From: a virus
Taxonomy: Duplodnaviria > Caudoviricetes
DNA length: 64,000 bases
Virus record (IMG/VR): IMGVR_UViG_3300031134_000004
Coordinates: 32,001 to 96,000 of that record
Reading direction: 5' to 3' (one strand)
Under the pieces are notes generated by a model. It did not search any database and was not told where the DNA came from. It was given only the letters and a program-made list of their open reading frames with translations. How positions within the stretch are numbered: the first letter of the stretch is position 1; every line of letters begins with the position of its first letter. Positions 7,315 to 16,815 of the stretch are shown here, one piece after another. A program made the translations under genes and the position numbers.

Positions 7315-9446
7315 AACAACAACCCAACGAATTGCGTCGCGATTTGATGGGCGTGAACGGTCTCAATCCTTGGGACGGGCACGATTCCAGTAGCCGCAAA
7401 CAAATGTTCTCGAGCCACATCGGCCAGACTCTCGTCATCAAGGGAGCAACGGAACGTTACGTGCAAACCGGCATGGAGCGCGAATACGGCAAGTACACCT
7501 TCTCGATGAAGATGCCTGTCGATGCGGAAATCATCCGCGTCATTGATCGCTATCCACAAAAGCTCGGCCTGGATACCATCCGGATGAATCCACAAAGCGT
7601 GGTGATCTTCGAAGACTTCAATACCAAAGAAGTCGGCATGATCGACTTGCGCAAGTACTGTTCTTACCACCAGTACTTCGGTTTCGAATACCAGCAACGT
7701 GAAGCGTTATCGCGCGTGCGTGCTGGTGCTCATTTGCAAGCCGGTGAAATCCTGATGGACTCGCCTTCGGTGAAAGCCAACGGCGGCTACGCATACGGTC
7801 GTCAACTGAACATGGCGTTCATGTCGATCCCAGGCGTATCTGAAGACGGTATTGCGATCTGTGACGACGTACTGCCGCACTACCGCTTCAACACTTACGA
7901 GCACCGCGTGGGTGAATGGGGTAGCAAACGCTTTGCGCTCAATCTGTACGGGGACGATGAGAACTATAAACCGTTCCCAGACATTGGCGACAAGATCCGT
8001 CCTGACGGGCTCTTGATGTGTCTGCGCAGTTACGACCGTGATCTGTCGGTGGTCGAGCAAAACATCAACAGCATGCGCGAGCCGGACTTCACGTTCGACA
8101 AGCTGATCTACGCAGCAGGCGCCGGCGGCACCATCGTGGACATCCGTGTTCACCATGATCCAACGCAAGGCTACCTGGGCGGCATGGATGCGCAGCCGGA
8201 GAAGTACGACAAAGCCCGTCGTGAATTCTACCAGCAGATCGCCAACGAGTACTTCCGCTTGAAGCGTGAGCGGGGTGACCGTTTGCAGTTGACGCCAGAG
8301 TTTCACCGCATGGTCGTGGAAGCCTTGTCCGTTATCGACAACGATCCACAGCGCGTCATCAAGCTGTACCGTCAAGCACCGCTGGATGAATGGCGTGTCG
8401 AATTTACGATCCAGTACGAGATCACGCCAACCATTGGCTTTAAGCTGACGGACTGCCACGGCGGTAAGGGCGTTATCTGTAAGATCATGAAGCGCAGCGA
8501 GATGCCGGTTGACGAAGCAGGTAACTCTGCCGACATCATCATGGACCCGAACTCGACGATCAGCCGGATGAACATCGGCCGTTTGTACGAGCAATACATC
8601 AACGCAGCTTCGCGTGACGTGGCCAAGCAGATTCGCTTTGAACTGGGGATCGAACAAGGCGACAAGCACGCTGGACGTAAGATCGAAGAGATCGAAAAGG
8701 TCAATCCAGCTCTGGTGGACAAGGTGTGGAACTACTTGATGGGCTACTACGCCATCGTCTCGCCCAAGCAGTACGGCTGGTTCGCCAACAAGCAATATAC
8801 AAAACCCCGTGCGGAACACTTGGGTAAGATCGTCGAGACCCACATCTACCTGTACATGCCACCGGACAATGAGCCCGAGTCGGTGGACATCATCAACGAA
8901 CTGCAAAAGCACTACCGGCCAACGTATGGTCCTGTGTCGTACGTGGGCAATTCGGGCAAGCGCGTCACAACGAAGAACCCAGTGCGTGTCGGCAGTATGT
9001 ACATCATCTTGCTCGAGAAGATCGGCGATGATTGGACAGCAGTCTCGTCCGGCAAGCTGCAACACTTCGGTGTTCTCTCGCAAGTGACAAATACCGACAA
9101 GTACGCAACGCCAACGCGTAACCAAGCAATTCGTGCATGGGGCGAATCCGAAGTGCGTATCGGTGTGTCGTACGTGGGACCAGAGTTCGTGGCGGACATG
9201 ATGGACCGTAATAACAATCCAGCCACGCACCGCATGATCCTCGAATCGATCCTGGAAGCTGACAAGCCAACGGCGATTCGCATGGCGGTGGACCGTAACG
9301 TCATTCCGCTCGGTGGTGCTAAGCCACTGCAACTGGTCAAGCACATTGCTGAGACTGGTGGTTGGCGGTTTGTGTACAGGGATTACCTGCCGAACTGGCC
9401 GGACTACAATCCACAGCGTTACCAATTCAAACCAGCCTTTGTTTAA
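7311..9446 (+). CDS. rpoB: Non-virion RNA polymerase beta subunit, C-terminal part (phiKZ gp71-73-like), uninterrupted
   Basis: GLNPW...RKQMFSS, SEDGIAI, GFKLTDCHGGKGVICKI, DIIMDPNSTISRMNIGRLYE and GESE motifs of beta-family subunits. Confidence 0.95.
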   Translation: MKQQPNELRRDLMGVNGLNPWDGHDSSSRKQMFSSHIGQTLVIKGATERYVQTGMEREYGKYTFSMKMPVDAEIIRVIDRYPQKLGLDTIRMNPQSVVIFEDFNTKEVGMIDLRKYCSYHQYFGFEYQQREALSRVRAGAHLQAGEILMDSPSVKANGGYAYGRQLNMAFMSIPGVSEDGIAICDDVLPHYRFNTYEHRVGEWGSKRFALNLYGDDENYKPFPDIGDKIRPDGLLMCLRSYDRDLSVVEQNINSMREPDFTFDKLIYAAGAGGTIVDIRVHHDPTQGYLGGMDAQPEKYDKARREFYQQIANEYFRLKRERGDRLQLTPEFHRMVVEALSVIDNDPQRVIKLYRQAPLDEWRVEFTIQYEITPTIGFKLTDCHGGKGVICKIMKRSEMPVDEAGNSADIIMDPNSTISRMNIGRLYEQYINAASRDVAKQIRFELGIEQGDKHAGRKIEEIEKVNPALVDKVWNYLMGYYAIVSPKQYGWFANKQYTKPRAEHLGKIVETHIYLYMPPDNEPESVDIINELQKHYRPTYGPVSYVGNSGKRVTTKNPVRVGSMYIILLEKIGDDWTAVSSGKLQHFGVLSQVTNTDKYATPTRNQAIRAWGESEVRIGVSYVGPEFVADMMDRNNNPATHRMILESILEADKPTAIRMAVDRNVIPLGGAKPLQLVKHIAETGGWRFVYRDYLPNWPDYNPQRYQFKPAFV

Positions 9447-9491
9447 CATTGATGTCTCCCCCTTAAATTGGGGGAGATGGGGAAATCAATA

Positions 9492-11537
9492 ATGCGACGT
9501 TATTTAGCACGCCGACTACTCGACTTTAGTATCGAGGACTTGTGGTCGGTCTTGGATGGTGAATTCATCCTGATCTTTGATGATGGCGAAGTCCAGACCA
9601 ACTGGAAAGAAACCGTCTACAGCGTCTACGCTTGGGACTTCCACCGGAACTTCCCAGCTACGCCGTTGCTTACACAACACCACGTCACGACGGTCCTGGG
9701 GGGCGATCGTCTGGGTTCGGATACCCATTTGCAGTTGTTGGGCAATGCCATGTGGTCGGTCTACGATGAGTACGTGCCGTCGGGCCGGTTCCACAACACG
9801 AACTTGAGCGAAGTGCAGTTCCGTGACAAGCTGGCAGAGAAAGTGTACCAAGTCACGAACCTGATGTACAACGAACTGAGCTACAAGCTTGAAGACATGG
9901 TGGTCTCGCTCGACATCGTGGACTTCCTGGACGTTGTCAATCACCCAGCCATCAAGAAAGCGAACGACACGGTTGTCGGTACACAGCGTTCGATCGATGA
10001 ATCTTACGCAATCGGTAAAGCCACACTGCTCGATGGTGTGTCGTTGCCAGACAACCCAATCTCGCTGGCTGCGCGTTCCAAGCTCGTGAACATGAACCAA
10101 GTGCTGCAATGCATCATGTCGCGTGGTTTCTTGACCGACACCGATTCGCACCTGTTCTATAAGCCGGTGCTGCGCGGTTACGTGCATGGCATGCGCTCGT
10201 TCCACGATTCGCTCATCGAGTCGCGTTCGGCTGCGAAGTCCTTGATCTTCTCGAAGACGCCGCTGCAACAGGCCGAGTACTTCTCGCGGCGTTTGCAGTT
10301 GATGTCGCAAGTGGTCAAGAACCTACACTACGGCGATTGCGGTACGGATCGCTACACGCTCTGGCATGTGCGTGGTCCACGAAGCGAGAACGGCGAACTC
10401 AAGCGTCCGGGCGATTTGAAGATGCTGGTCGGTAAGAAATACATCGACGAGAACGGCAACCTGCGTTCGATCAAGGGTAGCGACAAACACCTGATCGGCA
10501 CCACGATTAAGATGCGTAACACGATCCACTGCGCGCATCCTGATCCGTACGGTGTGTGCTCGACCTGCTTCGGCGAACTGGCTCTGTCGATTCCGGAAGG
10601 TACGAACATCGGCCAGATGTGCTGCACGAGCTTGGCACAGAAGTCTTCGCAGAACGTGCTGTCCGTGAAACACTTGGATGGTTCGTCCGTGGTTGACGGT
10701 ATCGTGCTGGAACGGGAAGATCGTCGCTTCGTGAAGGTTGCGGCTGACGAAAACTCGTACATGCTTGCCGATGAACTGAAAGGTTCCCAAGTACGCCTGG
10801 TGCTGCGCGCAGAAAACGCAGCGAACATCACGGACATCAAAGACGCCAAGGACGTCAGCGAACTGAACATTACGCGTGTGTCGGAATTGGCAGAGATTGG
10901 TCTGCAAGTGACGAACCAAAAAGGCGTGGTGTTCGAGCCTGTGCAAATTAACGTCAGCCTCGGTCGCCGCTTGGCCAGCATGACGTACGAAATGCTCGAG
11001 CACATCCGTAAGCACGGCTGGACGATTGATGATCGTTCGGGTAACTACATAGTGGACATGACGCAGTGGGATTGGAGCAAACCGTTCCTGACCCTGCCGC
11101 TGAAACACTTTAACATGAGCGACCACTCGCGTGACATCGCTTCCATGCTCGAATCGTCGGTCGATAAGCTGCAAGAGCGCGACCAAAACAAAGCATCGCC
11201 TGACGCTGCCCTGATCGAGTTGTTTGACCTGGTCAACGACAAGCTGACGGTGAACGTGGCGGTACTGGATGTTGTGCTGTACGGCAGCATGGTGGTGTCG
11301 ATCGAGAAAGGCGACTACAGCTTGCCAAAACCGTGGACGAGTTCAAACTTGGGTGTCATGAAGTTGTCGATGGCGTATCGCAGTGGTGCATCTGCCATGG
11401 CGTACGAAGGTCACCGCGACTTCATCACCGATCCGTTGAGCTACGTGAATACCAACCGCATTGATCACCCAATGGATGGCGTCTTGATGCCAGCCGAAGT
11501 GATCATGCCTAAGCGCGTGGAGTATAACTTCACATGA
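9492..11537 (+). CDS. rpoC: Non-virion RNA polymerase beta-prime middle subunit (phiKZ gp74-like)
   Basis: Bridge-helix SRSAAKSL...AEYFSRRLQL, DCGT, Zn site CAHPDPYGVCSTCFG, trigger-loop NIG...QKSSQNVLSVKH; ORF track starts at 9468 but the ATG at 9492 is more likely. Confidence 0.93.
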   Translation: MRRYLARRLLDFSIEDLWSVLDGEFILIFDDGEVQTNWKETVYSVYAWDFHRNFPATPLLTQHHVTTVLGGDRLGSDTHLQLLGNAMWSVYDEYVPSGRFHNTNLSEVQFRDKLAEKVYQVTNLMYNELSYKLEDMVVSLDIVDFLDVVNHPAIKKANDTVVGTQRSIDESYAIGKATLLDGVSLPDNPISLAARSKLVNMNQVLQCIMSRGFLTDTDSHLFYKPVLRGYVHGMRSFHDSLIESRSAAKSLIFSKTPLQQAEYFSRRLQLMSQVVKNLHYGDCGTDRYTLWHVRGPRSENGELKRPGDLKMLVGKKYIDENGNLRSIKGSDKHLIGTTIKMRNTIHCAHPDPYGVCSTCFGELALSIPEGTNIGQMCCTSLAQKSSQNVLSVKHLDGSSVVDGIVLEREDRRFVKVAADENSYMLADELKGSQVRLVLRAENAANITDIKDAKDVSELNITRVSELAEIGLQVTNQKGVVFEPVQINVSLGRRLASMTYEMLEHIRKHGWTIDDRSGNYIVDMTQWDWSKPFLTLPLKHFNMSDHSRDIASMLESSVDKLQERDQNKASPDAALIELFDLVNDKLTVNVAVLDVVLYGSMVVSIEKGDYSLPKPWTSSNLGVMKLSMAYRSGASAMAYEGHRDFITDPLSYVNTNRIDHPMDGVLMPAEVIMPKRVEYNFT

Positions 11538-11542
11538 AATAA

Positions 11543-13075
11543 ATGGCCGAATTAACCGTCATCATTGCGTCGGATCATTTCGTTGTCACGCGTATCAGTG
11601 CGCGTGGCAGAGAGGCGGTATCGTCGTTTGCAAAGAAGTTCGTGCAATTCGGTTTGCAGCGTAAGCCCGGTGGGCGCTACGTTCAAGAACCAATGAAAGT
11701 CTTTGCAGCGGCAACCGCCGATCGTACGGAGTTCCGGTTCCACATCAACACGCTGACAGATTTCCATCAGCATCTTAAGCTCCACTTACTCCAGCCACAT
11801 CAGGTTGAGTTTATCGACCGTCCGAAGTTCGTGGCAAGGAAGGTGGAGCTAAAGGTATTCCCGCACTGGCAAGACCGGGATCACCAAATACCGTTCATTG
11901 ATTACTTGCTTGCGCCTACGCCACGGCGCAAACTCGGGGCGATCCAAACTGGTAAAGGCAAGTCGTACTCTTCAATGCGTGCGCTGGCTAAAATCGGTGA
12001 AGTGGTCATCACGATTGTCAAACCGAAGTACATCGAGAAGTGGATCGAGGACTACCGCCGTACGTACGACCTCGAACTCGATGACATCATGCTCGTGCAA
12101 GGTTCTAAGCACTTGCAAGCCCTCCTTGAATTGGCGATGAACGATGAAATCACAGCCAAGATCATCATGGTTAGTAACAAGACCATGCAGAACTGGATCA
12201 AGCTGTACGAAAAGTTCAAGGAAGGCACGCTTGACATGGGTTACGCGGTGTTGCCGGATCAGTTCTTTGAAGCATTAAAGGCTGGCTCGAAACTCGTGGA
12301 TGAAGTACACGAAGACTTCCACCTCAACTGGAAGATCGACATGTACACCCATGTGGAGCATTCGATCTCATTGTCGGCAACGCTCTTGCCAGATGATCCG
12401 TTCTTAAAGAACATGTGTGAGATAGCGTATCCGAGTATGGAGCGCTACAATGGCGAAGCGTACCACAAGTACATCTCGGCGCGCGCCGTCATTTATAAGA
12501 CGAGAAAACCCGAACAGATTCGTTCACGCGAACCGGGTGCCTCGAATTACTCACACTACGCTTTCGAGAAGTACGTCATGAAGCATCCCGACGTGCTCAA
12601 GAACTATCTTGCTTTAATTAGTGAGATCGTTGAGAAGGGGTACGTGGCAAAGCGTAGTGAAGGTCACCGCTGTTTGGTGTTTGCCTCGCTCATCGAGATG
12701 TGCACCTTAATTACGGAGCACCTCAAGAAGAAGTTCCCGCACTTGGATGTCCGCCGTTACATGGAGGACGATCCGTACGAGGACTTGGTCGAGCCAGACA
12801 TCATTGTCTCATCGTTGCAAAACGCTGGTACTGCGGTGGACGTGCCGGGCTTACTGACCGTTGTCATGACGACTGCTATTACGAGTAGTCAAGGTAACGT
12901 GCAAGGCTTTGGCCGACTGCGTGAACTCTTTGGGGATTTGGCAGCCACGCCATGGTTCTACTACCTTGTGTGCGAAGATGTGCAAAAGCACCTCGACTAT
13001 CATGAGAAGAAGAAGGACCTCCTTAAAGACCGGGCATTGACGTACAACGTCGTGTACATGCCCAATCAGATTTAA
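11543..13075 (+). CDS. Superfamily 2 (UvsW-like) DNA helicase (phiKZ gp75-like)
   Basis: Walker A QTGKGKS, DEVH box, SAT motif III, QGFGRLR motif VI. Confidence 0.92.
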   Translation: MAELTVIIASDHFVVTRISARGREAVSSFAKKFVQFGLQRKPGGRYVQEPMKVFAAATADRTEFRFHINTLTDFHQHLKLHLLQPHQVEFIDRPKFVARKVELKVFPHWQDRDHQIPFIDYLLAPTPRRKLGAIQTGKGKSYSSMRALAKIGEVVITIVKPKYIEKWIEDYRRTYDLELDDIMLVQGSKHLQALLELAMNDEITAKIIMVSNKTMQNWIKLYEKFKEGTLDMGYAVLPDQFFEALKAGSKLVDEVHEDFHLNWKIDMYTHVEHSISLSATLLPDDPFLKNMCEIAYPSMERYNGEAYHKYISARAVIYKTRKPEQIRSREPGASNYSHYAFEKYVMKHPDVLKNYLALISEIVEKGYVAKRSEGHRCLVFASLIEMCTLITEHLKKKFPHLDVRRYMEDDPYEDLVEPDIIVSSLQNAGTAVDVPGLLTVVMTTAITSSQGNVQGFGRLRELFGDLAATPWFYYLVCEDVQKHLDYHEKKKDLLKDRALTYNVVYMPNQI

Positions 13076-13116
13076 GCGTCATAAAGGCTGGGGTTTCGCG
13101 CCCCAGCCGATATGCC
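13076..13116 (+). terminator. CATA/TATG-flanked hairpin
   Basis: gcgtcataaa-ggctgggg-tttcgcg-ccccagcc-gatatgcc. Confidence 0.7.
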
Positions 13117-13136
13117 ATAATGAAAGAGAATTCAGC

Positions 13137-13156
13137 CATATATTCCCTAAGTGAGA
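13137..13156 (+). promoter_or_regulatory. Putative early promoter
   Basis: catatattccctaagtgaga; near-identical to 51919-51938; heads an accessory gene cluster. Confidence 0.65.
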
Positions 13157-13201
13157 AGGAAACATATCCTTCCGCCTATTAATTAAACAAGGAAATAAAT
13201 C

Positions 13202-13636
13202 ATGCGACTTTATGGCAGCAGTGCAAAAGAAGTAGGTACGACATTCGAGCAAGACGTTCGCGCGAAACTTGCGCGGCTTTGCATGCCCGAAGAACGGATC
13301 GAAGAATTCATGGCGTTTCACAAGAAGCAGTATGTGCACCCTACGGGTTTCGATGGTATCGAATGGGATCACGATATCGGACTGTATCACGTAGGTCGAC
13401 AAGAAGCTGTGTTTTCACCCGTTCAGTCGTATGCAGCAGCATGGGTCGGTAAGAATTACAACTCGGACTGGTATCTGCCTGTTCTTAATGCGCCGTATCT
13501 GGCAAACTACCGTGAATCGGACGATCCGGAACAAAACGTTCTGTTCATGAAAGAAGTGGTGGATGAGTGGGAACGTAAGCGTCGTGTTCCGCTTTATCCT
13601 GACGACATCAAAGAGTACATGCGCAACCGTAAGTAA
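13202..13636 (+). CDS. Hypothetical protein, 144 aa
   Basis: AAACAAGGA RBS; ORF track. Confidence 0.75.
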   Translation: MRLYGSSAKEVGTTFEQDVRAKLARLCMPEERIEEFMAFHKKQYVHPTGFDGIEWDHDIGLYHVGRQEAVFSPVQSYAAAWVGKNYNSDWYLPVLNAPYLANYRESDDPEQNVLFMKEVVDEWERKRRVPLYPDDIKEYMRNRK

Positions 13637-13655
13637 CTATAATAAGGAAACCGTG

Positions 13656-14129
13656 ATGAGCACGTTCAAATCTGTAATGATGGAAAAGCTGCAGGAGAAT
13701 GGTCTGTTTGAAGAACAGGCTGCAACCGTTATCGTCGTGGCGATGCAACATGATTCGCTCGACAACATGATGGGTCGCTGGAACAATGATCCAAGCGGCT
13801 ACCCAGCAGGGCTCGTGAACATCGTCTGGTCGTTGGTGCGCAAGGTTGCGTACGAATGGATCTGCATCAACGCGCCACAAGCGTGGTTCCGTCCAGCATT
13901 TGCACCGGGTGCTGACACGGCAGAAGATCCAGAAGCATTCGTGGACAACTACCTCAAGCAACTCAACGCTGGCGTTCAAGCGATTGATCCCGTGATGCGT
14001 GAACACCTGAAAAGCGTCAAGCATCTCGACACCAACAGCACGCCGCTGTACAACCCACGCAGCCACGCCGAGCTTACCGAACAGTGCCGGGCACAATCAC
14101 CTTACCCTCAAAAACCAGACAATGGCTGA
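13656..14129 (+). CDS. Hypothetical protein
   Basis: TAAGGA RBS before the ATG at 13656 (ORF track extends to 13563). Confidence 0.75.
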   Translation: MSTFKSVMMEKLQENGLFEEQAATVIVVAMQHDSLDNMMGRWNNDPSGYPAGLVNIVWSLVRKVAYEWICINAPQAWFRPAFAPGADTAEDPEAFVDNYLKQLNAGVQAIDPVMREHLKSVKHLDTNSTPLYNPRSHAELTEQCRAQSPYPQKPDNG

Positions 14130-14550
14130 GATCCTCACTGGTCAGATCACCACCGCTCCAGGGCATGAACACACCGTGCCTTGGGGGACGGTGTGCGACA
14201 ACCATCCAGAAGACCGCGCGCATTACCGTGTGCAAGGTGAAACGGATGCATTGAGCGCAAAGCTTACCGACATGTGTGAGTTTTGTTACCAGCGTCACCA
14301 AATGCAAGAACCCGACAAGGAAGTCGAAGAATGCGAATGGTGCACTACTCCCTCAACCAACCTGGCTGACTACCGCGACCTGAAAGAAGGGTTGCTGGGC
14401 GACATTTACCGCGTCTGTCCGAAGTGCATCCATGAAGATCAGCACAACATCATCGACGAAGTACCATCGGAAAAGATGGGCTTTAACGTACGCAATGCTG
14501 ACGAAGACAACGACGACGACACGGTCTTTCTGAACGAAGACAACGGCTAA
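14122..14550 (+). CDS. Cys-rich, probable double zinc-ribbon protein
   Basis: CDNH, CEFC, CEWC and CPKC pairs; acidic tail; overlaps the previous stop. Confidence 0.7.
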   Translation: MAEILTGQITTAPGHEHTVPWGTVCDNHPEDRAHYRVQGETDALSAKLTDMCEFCYQRHQMQEPDKEVEECEWCTTPSTNLADYRDLKEGLLGDIYRVCPKCIHEDQHNIIDEVPSEKMGFNVRNADEDNDDDTVFLNEDNG

Positions 14551-14568
14551 TTAAACAAGGAACCAATC

Positions 14569-14973
14569 ATGAGCTTGAACAACCCAACCAATGCTACCCA
14601 GATCCACGCCATTCACGAAGATGACAATCCGCGTGGCATGATCGCAGCACTCATCGCACTGTACGGTCAGCAGCGCCTGATCAATGAAGCGAACATCGAA
14701 CTCGTCGCCGCCAATGTGTTGGCACATCCGAAGTTCGGTCCGCACGTCTCGATCACCTGCAAACACCTGACGGGCGAGAATGCCGGCGCGCTTAGCACCC
14801 GCTTCGTCGTCATTCCCAATACCCCGTACACGGTGCCGATGCAGTCGGTGCGCTTCATGGAGTTTAACAACGAGTACGATATTCGTACCTATACGCCAGG
14901 ACAAGTGGCCATCATCGCCATGGACGCTGTGCACTTCCTGATCAACGGCGACCTGCCGGATCTGGACGACTAA
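14569..14973 (+). CDS. Hypothetical protein, paralogue of the next gene
   Basis: AAACAAGGA RBS; shares GE-x-AGAL-x-TR-x-V with 15034..15453. Confidence 0.78.
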   Translation: MSLNNPTNATQIHAIHEDDNPRGMIAALIALYGQQRLINEANIELVAANVLAHPKFGPHVSITCKHLTGENAGALSTRFVVIPNTPYTVPMQSVRFMEFNNEYDIRTYTPGQVAIIAMDAVHFLINGDLPDLDD

Positions 14974-14987
14974 GCATTAACCATTTA

Positions 14988-15016
14988 GTGAAGAGGGAGC
15001 AATCCCTCTTCTATGC
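14988..15016 (+). terminator. Hairpin followed by TATGCC
   Basis: gaagaggga-gcaa-tccctcttc-tatgcc. Confidence 0.6.
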
Positions 15017-15033
15017 CAACAAGGAAAAAACAA

Positions 15034-15453
15034 ATGACTACCAATAACACCCATGAACCCGTTCGTCAAGAAACGGAGATCACCCCAAGCAACAATCCAC
15101 TGGGCCAAGCTGCTGCAATTTTTGTTGTGGCCTTTAACCAGCAGCTGAACAATCCTAAGCTGCCTGCTTCGTTTGACAACATGGAGTACAAAGCGGCGAT
15201 GGTGGAAAACGACCCGCAGTACGGAGACCATGTCCGGATTGACGCCATGGTAATTAAAGGCGAAGAGGCTGGTGCTTTGACCACGCGCAAAGTCATCATC
15301 CATAGCGCGCCGGGTGTGAAGACGCGCCACACGGTTCGTTACGTGAACTTTGGCCGGGACGAAGAAGTCGGCAACTACCACTACGGACAAATCTCCCAGC
15401 TCGTTCAATCCATCATCAGCTATATTCGTCGTGGCGACACGATCGCAGAATAA
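15034..15453 (+). CDS. Hypothetical protein, paralogue of the previous gene
   Basis: AAGGA RBS before the ATG at 15034; GEEAGALTTRKVII. Confidence 0.78.
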   Translation: MTTNNTHEPVRQETEITPSNNPLGQAAAIFVVAFNQQLNNPKLPASFDNMEYKAAMVENDPQYGDHVRIDAMVIKGEEAGALTTRKVIIHSAPGVKTRHTVRYVNFGRDEEVGNYHYGQISQLVQSIISYIRRGDTIAE

Positions 15454-15857
15454 TGACCATTTACCCTACCCTCGAACTGGCCGGCGCCATCATCCCTGGT
15501 GAACCGACTTTCACGGACATACAGCTGGCGTTTGCCAAAGAGTGCGGCTTTACTAACACCATCGATTTACTCGAGCACGAAAAGCACAAGTTCGCCACCG
15601 AGAAGATGATTCCCGAAGGCGTTGATTCGCGCTGCACGCTGCCGGTTATCGAAGGCGATGAAGTCAAAGGCTACCGCCGGATGACGGAAGTTGAAATCAA
15701 AGCCTACGTTCTGGGCGTAGCGTTTAACACTGAAGACGGTGGTGTTAAGATGGATAGCGTTCCAGAAGAAGTCCACGCTGCTTACCTGGAAATACGCGCT
15801 ACCCGGATCAAGTTCATGCAGATCCTCCAATACATGTTTGCTGGCTCTTTTCAATAA
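15453..15857 (+). CDS. Hypothetical protein, 134 aa
   Basis: TAATG stop/start overlap. Confidence 0.7.
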   Translation: MTIYPTLELAGAIIPGEPTFTDIQLAFAKECGFTNTIDLLEHEKHKFATEKMIPEGVDSRCTLPVIEGDEVKGYRRMTEVEIKAYVLGVAFNTEDGGVKMDSVPEEVHAAYLEIRATRIKFMQILQYMFAGSFQ

Positions 15858-15869
15858 AAAGGATTCATC

Positions 15870-16760
15870 ATGATTCGCACCAATATTCTGTTTGACAGTT
15901 TCGAAATCCCAAATCCAATTGGCACCGCCCTGGGTTTGTTGGTTGGCCAAGCGATCGCCAACATGTACTTCACTACCCACTACAAGATCGAGCACGTCAC
16001 TGTGCGGTTCGACGAAATGGGTAAGGGCCTGCGTTCTTATACGGAACTCTCGCTCGACGACGACAAGACGATCCAAGACAACCACATCGACGTTGAGCCA
16101 GGTCAAGGCATCACCCGTGTGCGCATCTACGAGCGTGAATTTGCTGGCTGGTGCGATGTTGAATTTCTCAACAACGACATGCAAGTTCTCTACAAGAAGG
16201 AAAGCGTCCTGCCGTACTACACTGGCGCTCTCGTTCCCATGATGGCTGAGTTCTTGTTCAGTGCCCAAGTACAACTCGACATGGAACCTAAGCCTCTGGA
16301 CGACGATCGCGCTGAAGGTACGGGTTCGGGTTGGTTCTTGCAAGAAGGCCGCCCAGAGCACGTCTACGACTCGCCACAAGAGGCGTTTGAGAAAGACACG
16401 CGTACGCCGAAGTTCTTCCTGCGTCTGGAGAAGGCAGCGGCGGACTTGGGCATGCTCGATGTTGCTGCTTACTTCAACAAAATCCACAAGCAACTCGAAA
16501 TCATGGGTTACCGGGACAACAAACCAACCCCGCATCCTGATGAGATGACAGTTAATATCGTCAGTGGAAAGCGTGACGGCAGCCGCAAGTGGAATGAGGA
16601 CGAGATCAAAGGCGTGGCAGTTTCGCAAGCTATCGAAGCTGGCCTTATCGACGCCGATTTCCTCACACCAGAACAGATGCATTTCTATTGCATCTATCTC
16701 AAGCAGCGCGCTTACTGGAAGGACGCAGTCAAGCGTGAGCAAAAGCTCGCCAGTAAATAA
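15870..16760 (+). CDS. Hypothetical protein, 296 aa
   Basis: AAAGGA RBS; ends at a convergent terminator. Confidence 0.75.
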   Translation: MIRTNILFDSFEIPNPIGTALGLLVGQAIANMYFTTHYKIEHVTVRFDEMGKGLRSYTELSLDDDKTIQDNHIDVEPGQGITRVRIYEREFAGWCDVEFLNNDMQVLYKKESVLPYYTGALVPMMAEFLFSAQVQLDMEPKPLDDDRAEGTGSGWFLQEGRPEHVYDSPQEAFEKDTRTPKFFLRLEKAAADLGMLDVAAYFNKIHKQLEIMGYRDNKPTPHPDEMTVNIVSGKRDGSRKWNEDEIKGVAVSQAIEAGLIDADFLTPEQMHFYCIYLKQRAYWKDAVKREQKLASK

Positions 16761-16810
16761 GCGGCATAAGGCCAGGGGAAGTTCCCCTGGCTCTATGACA
16801 TCTTTTTTTT
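16761..16810. terminator. Bidirectional hairpin between convergent genes
   Basis: gcggcataag-gccagggga-agt-tcccctggc-tctatgacatc-tttttttt. Confidence 0.8.
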
Positions 16811-16815
16811 GTCGA

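Noticed and set aside
7311-9446. Possible intron or intein in the beta subunit, as in phiKZ gp71-73
   Set aside because: The frame is continuous with all motifs in order, and no HNH insert or C/S...HN intein ends are visible
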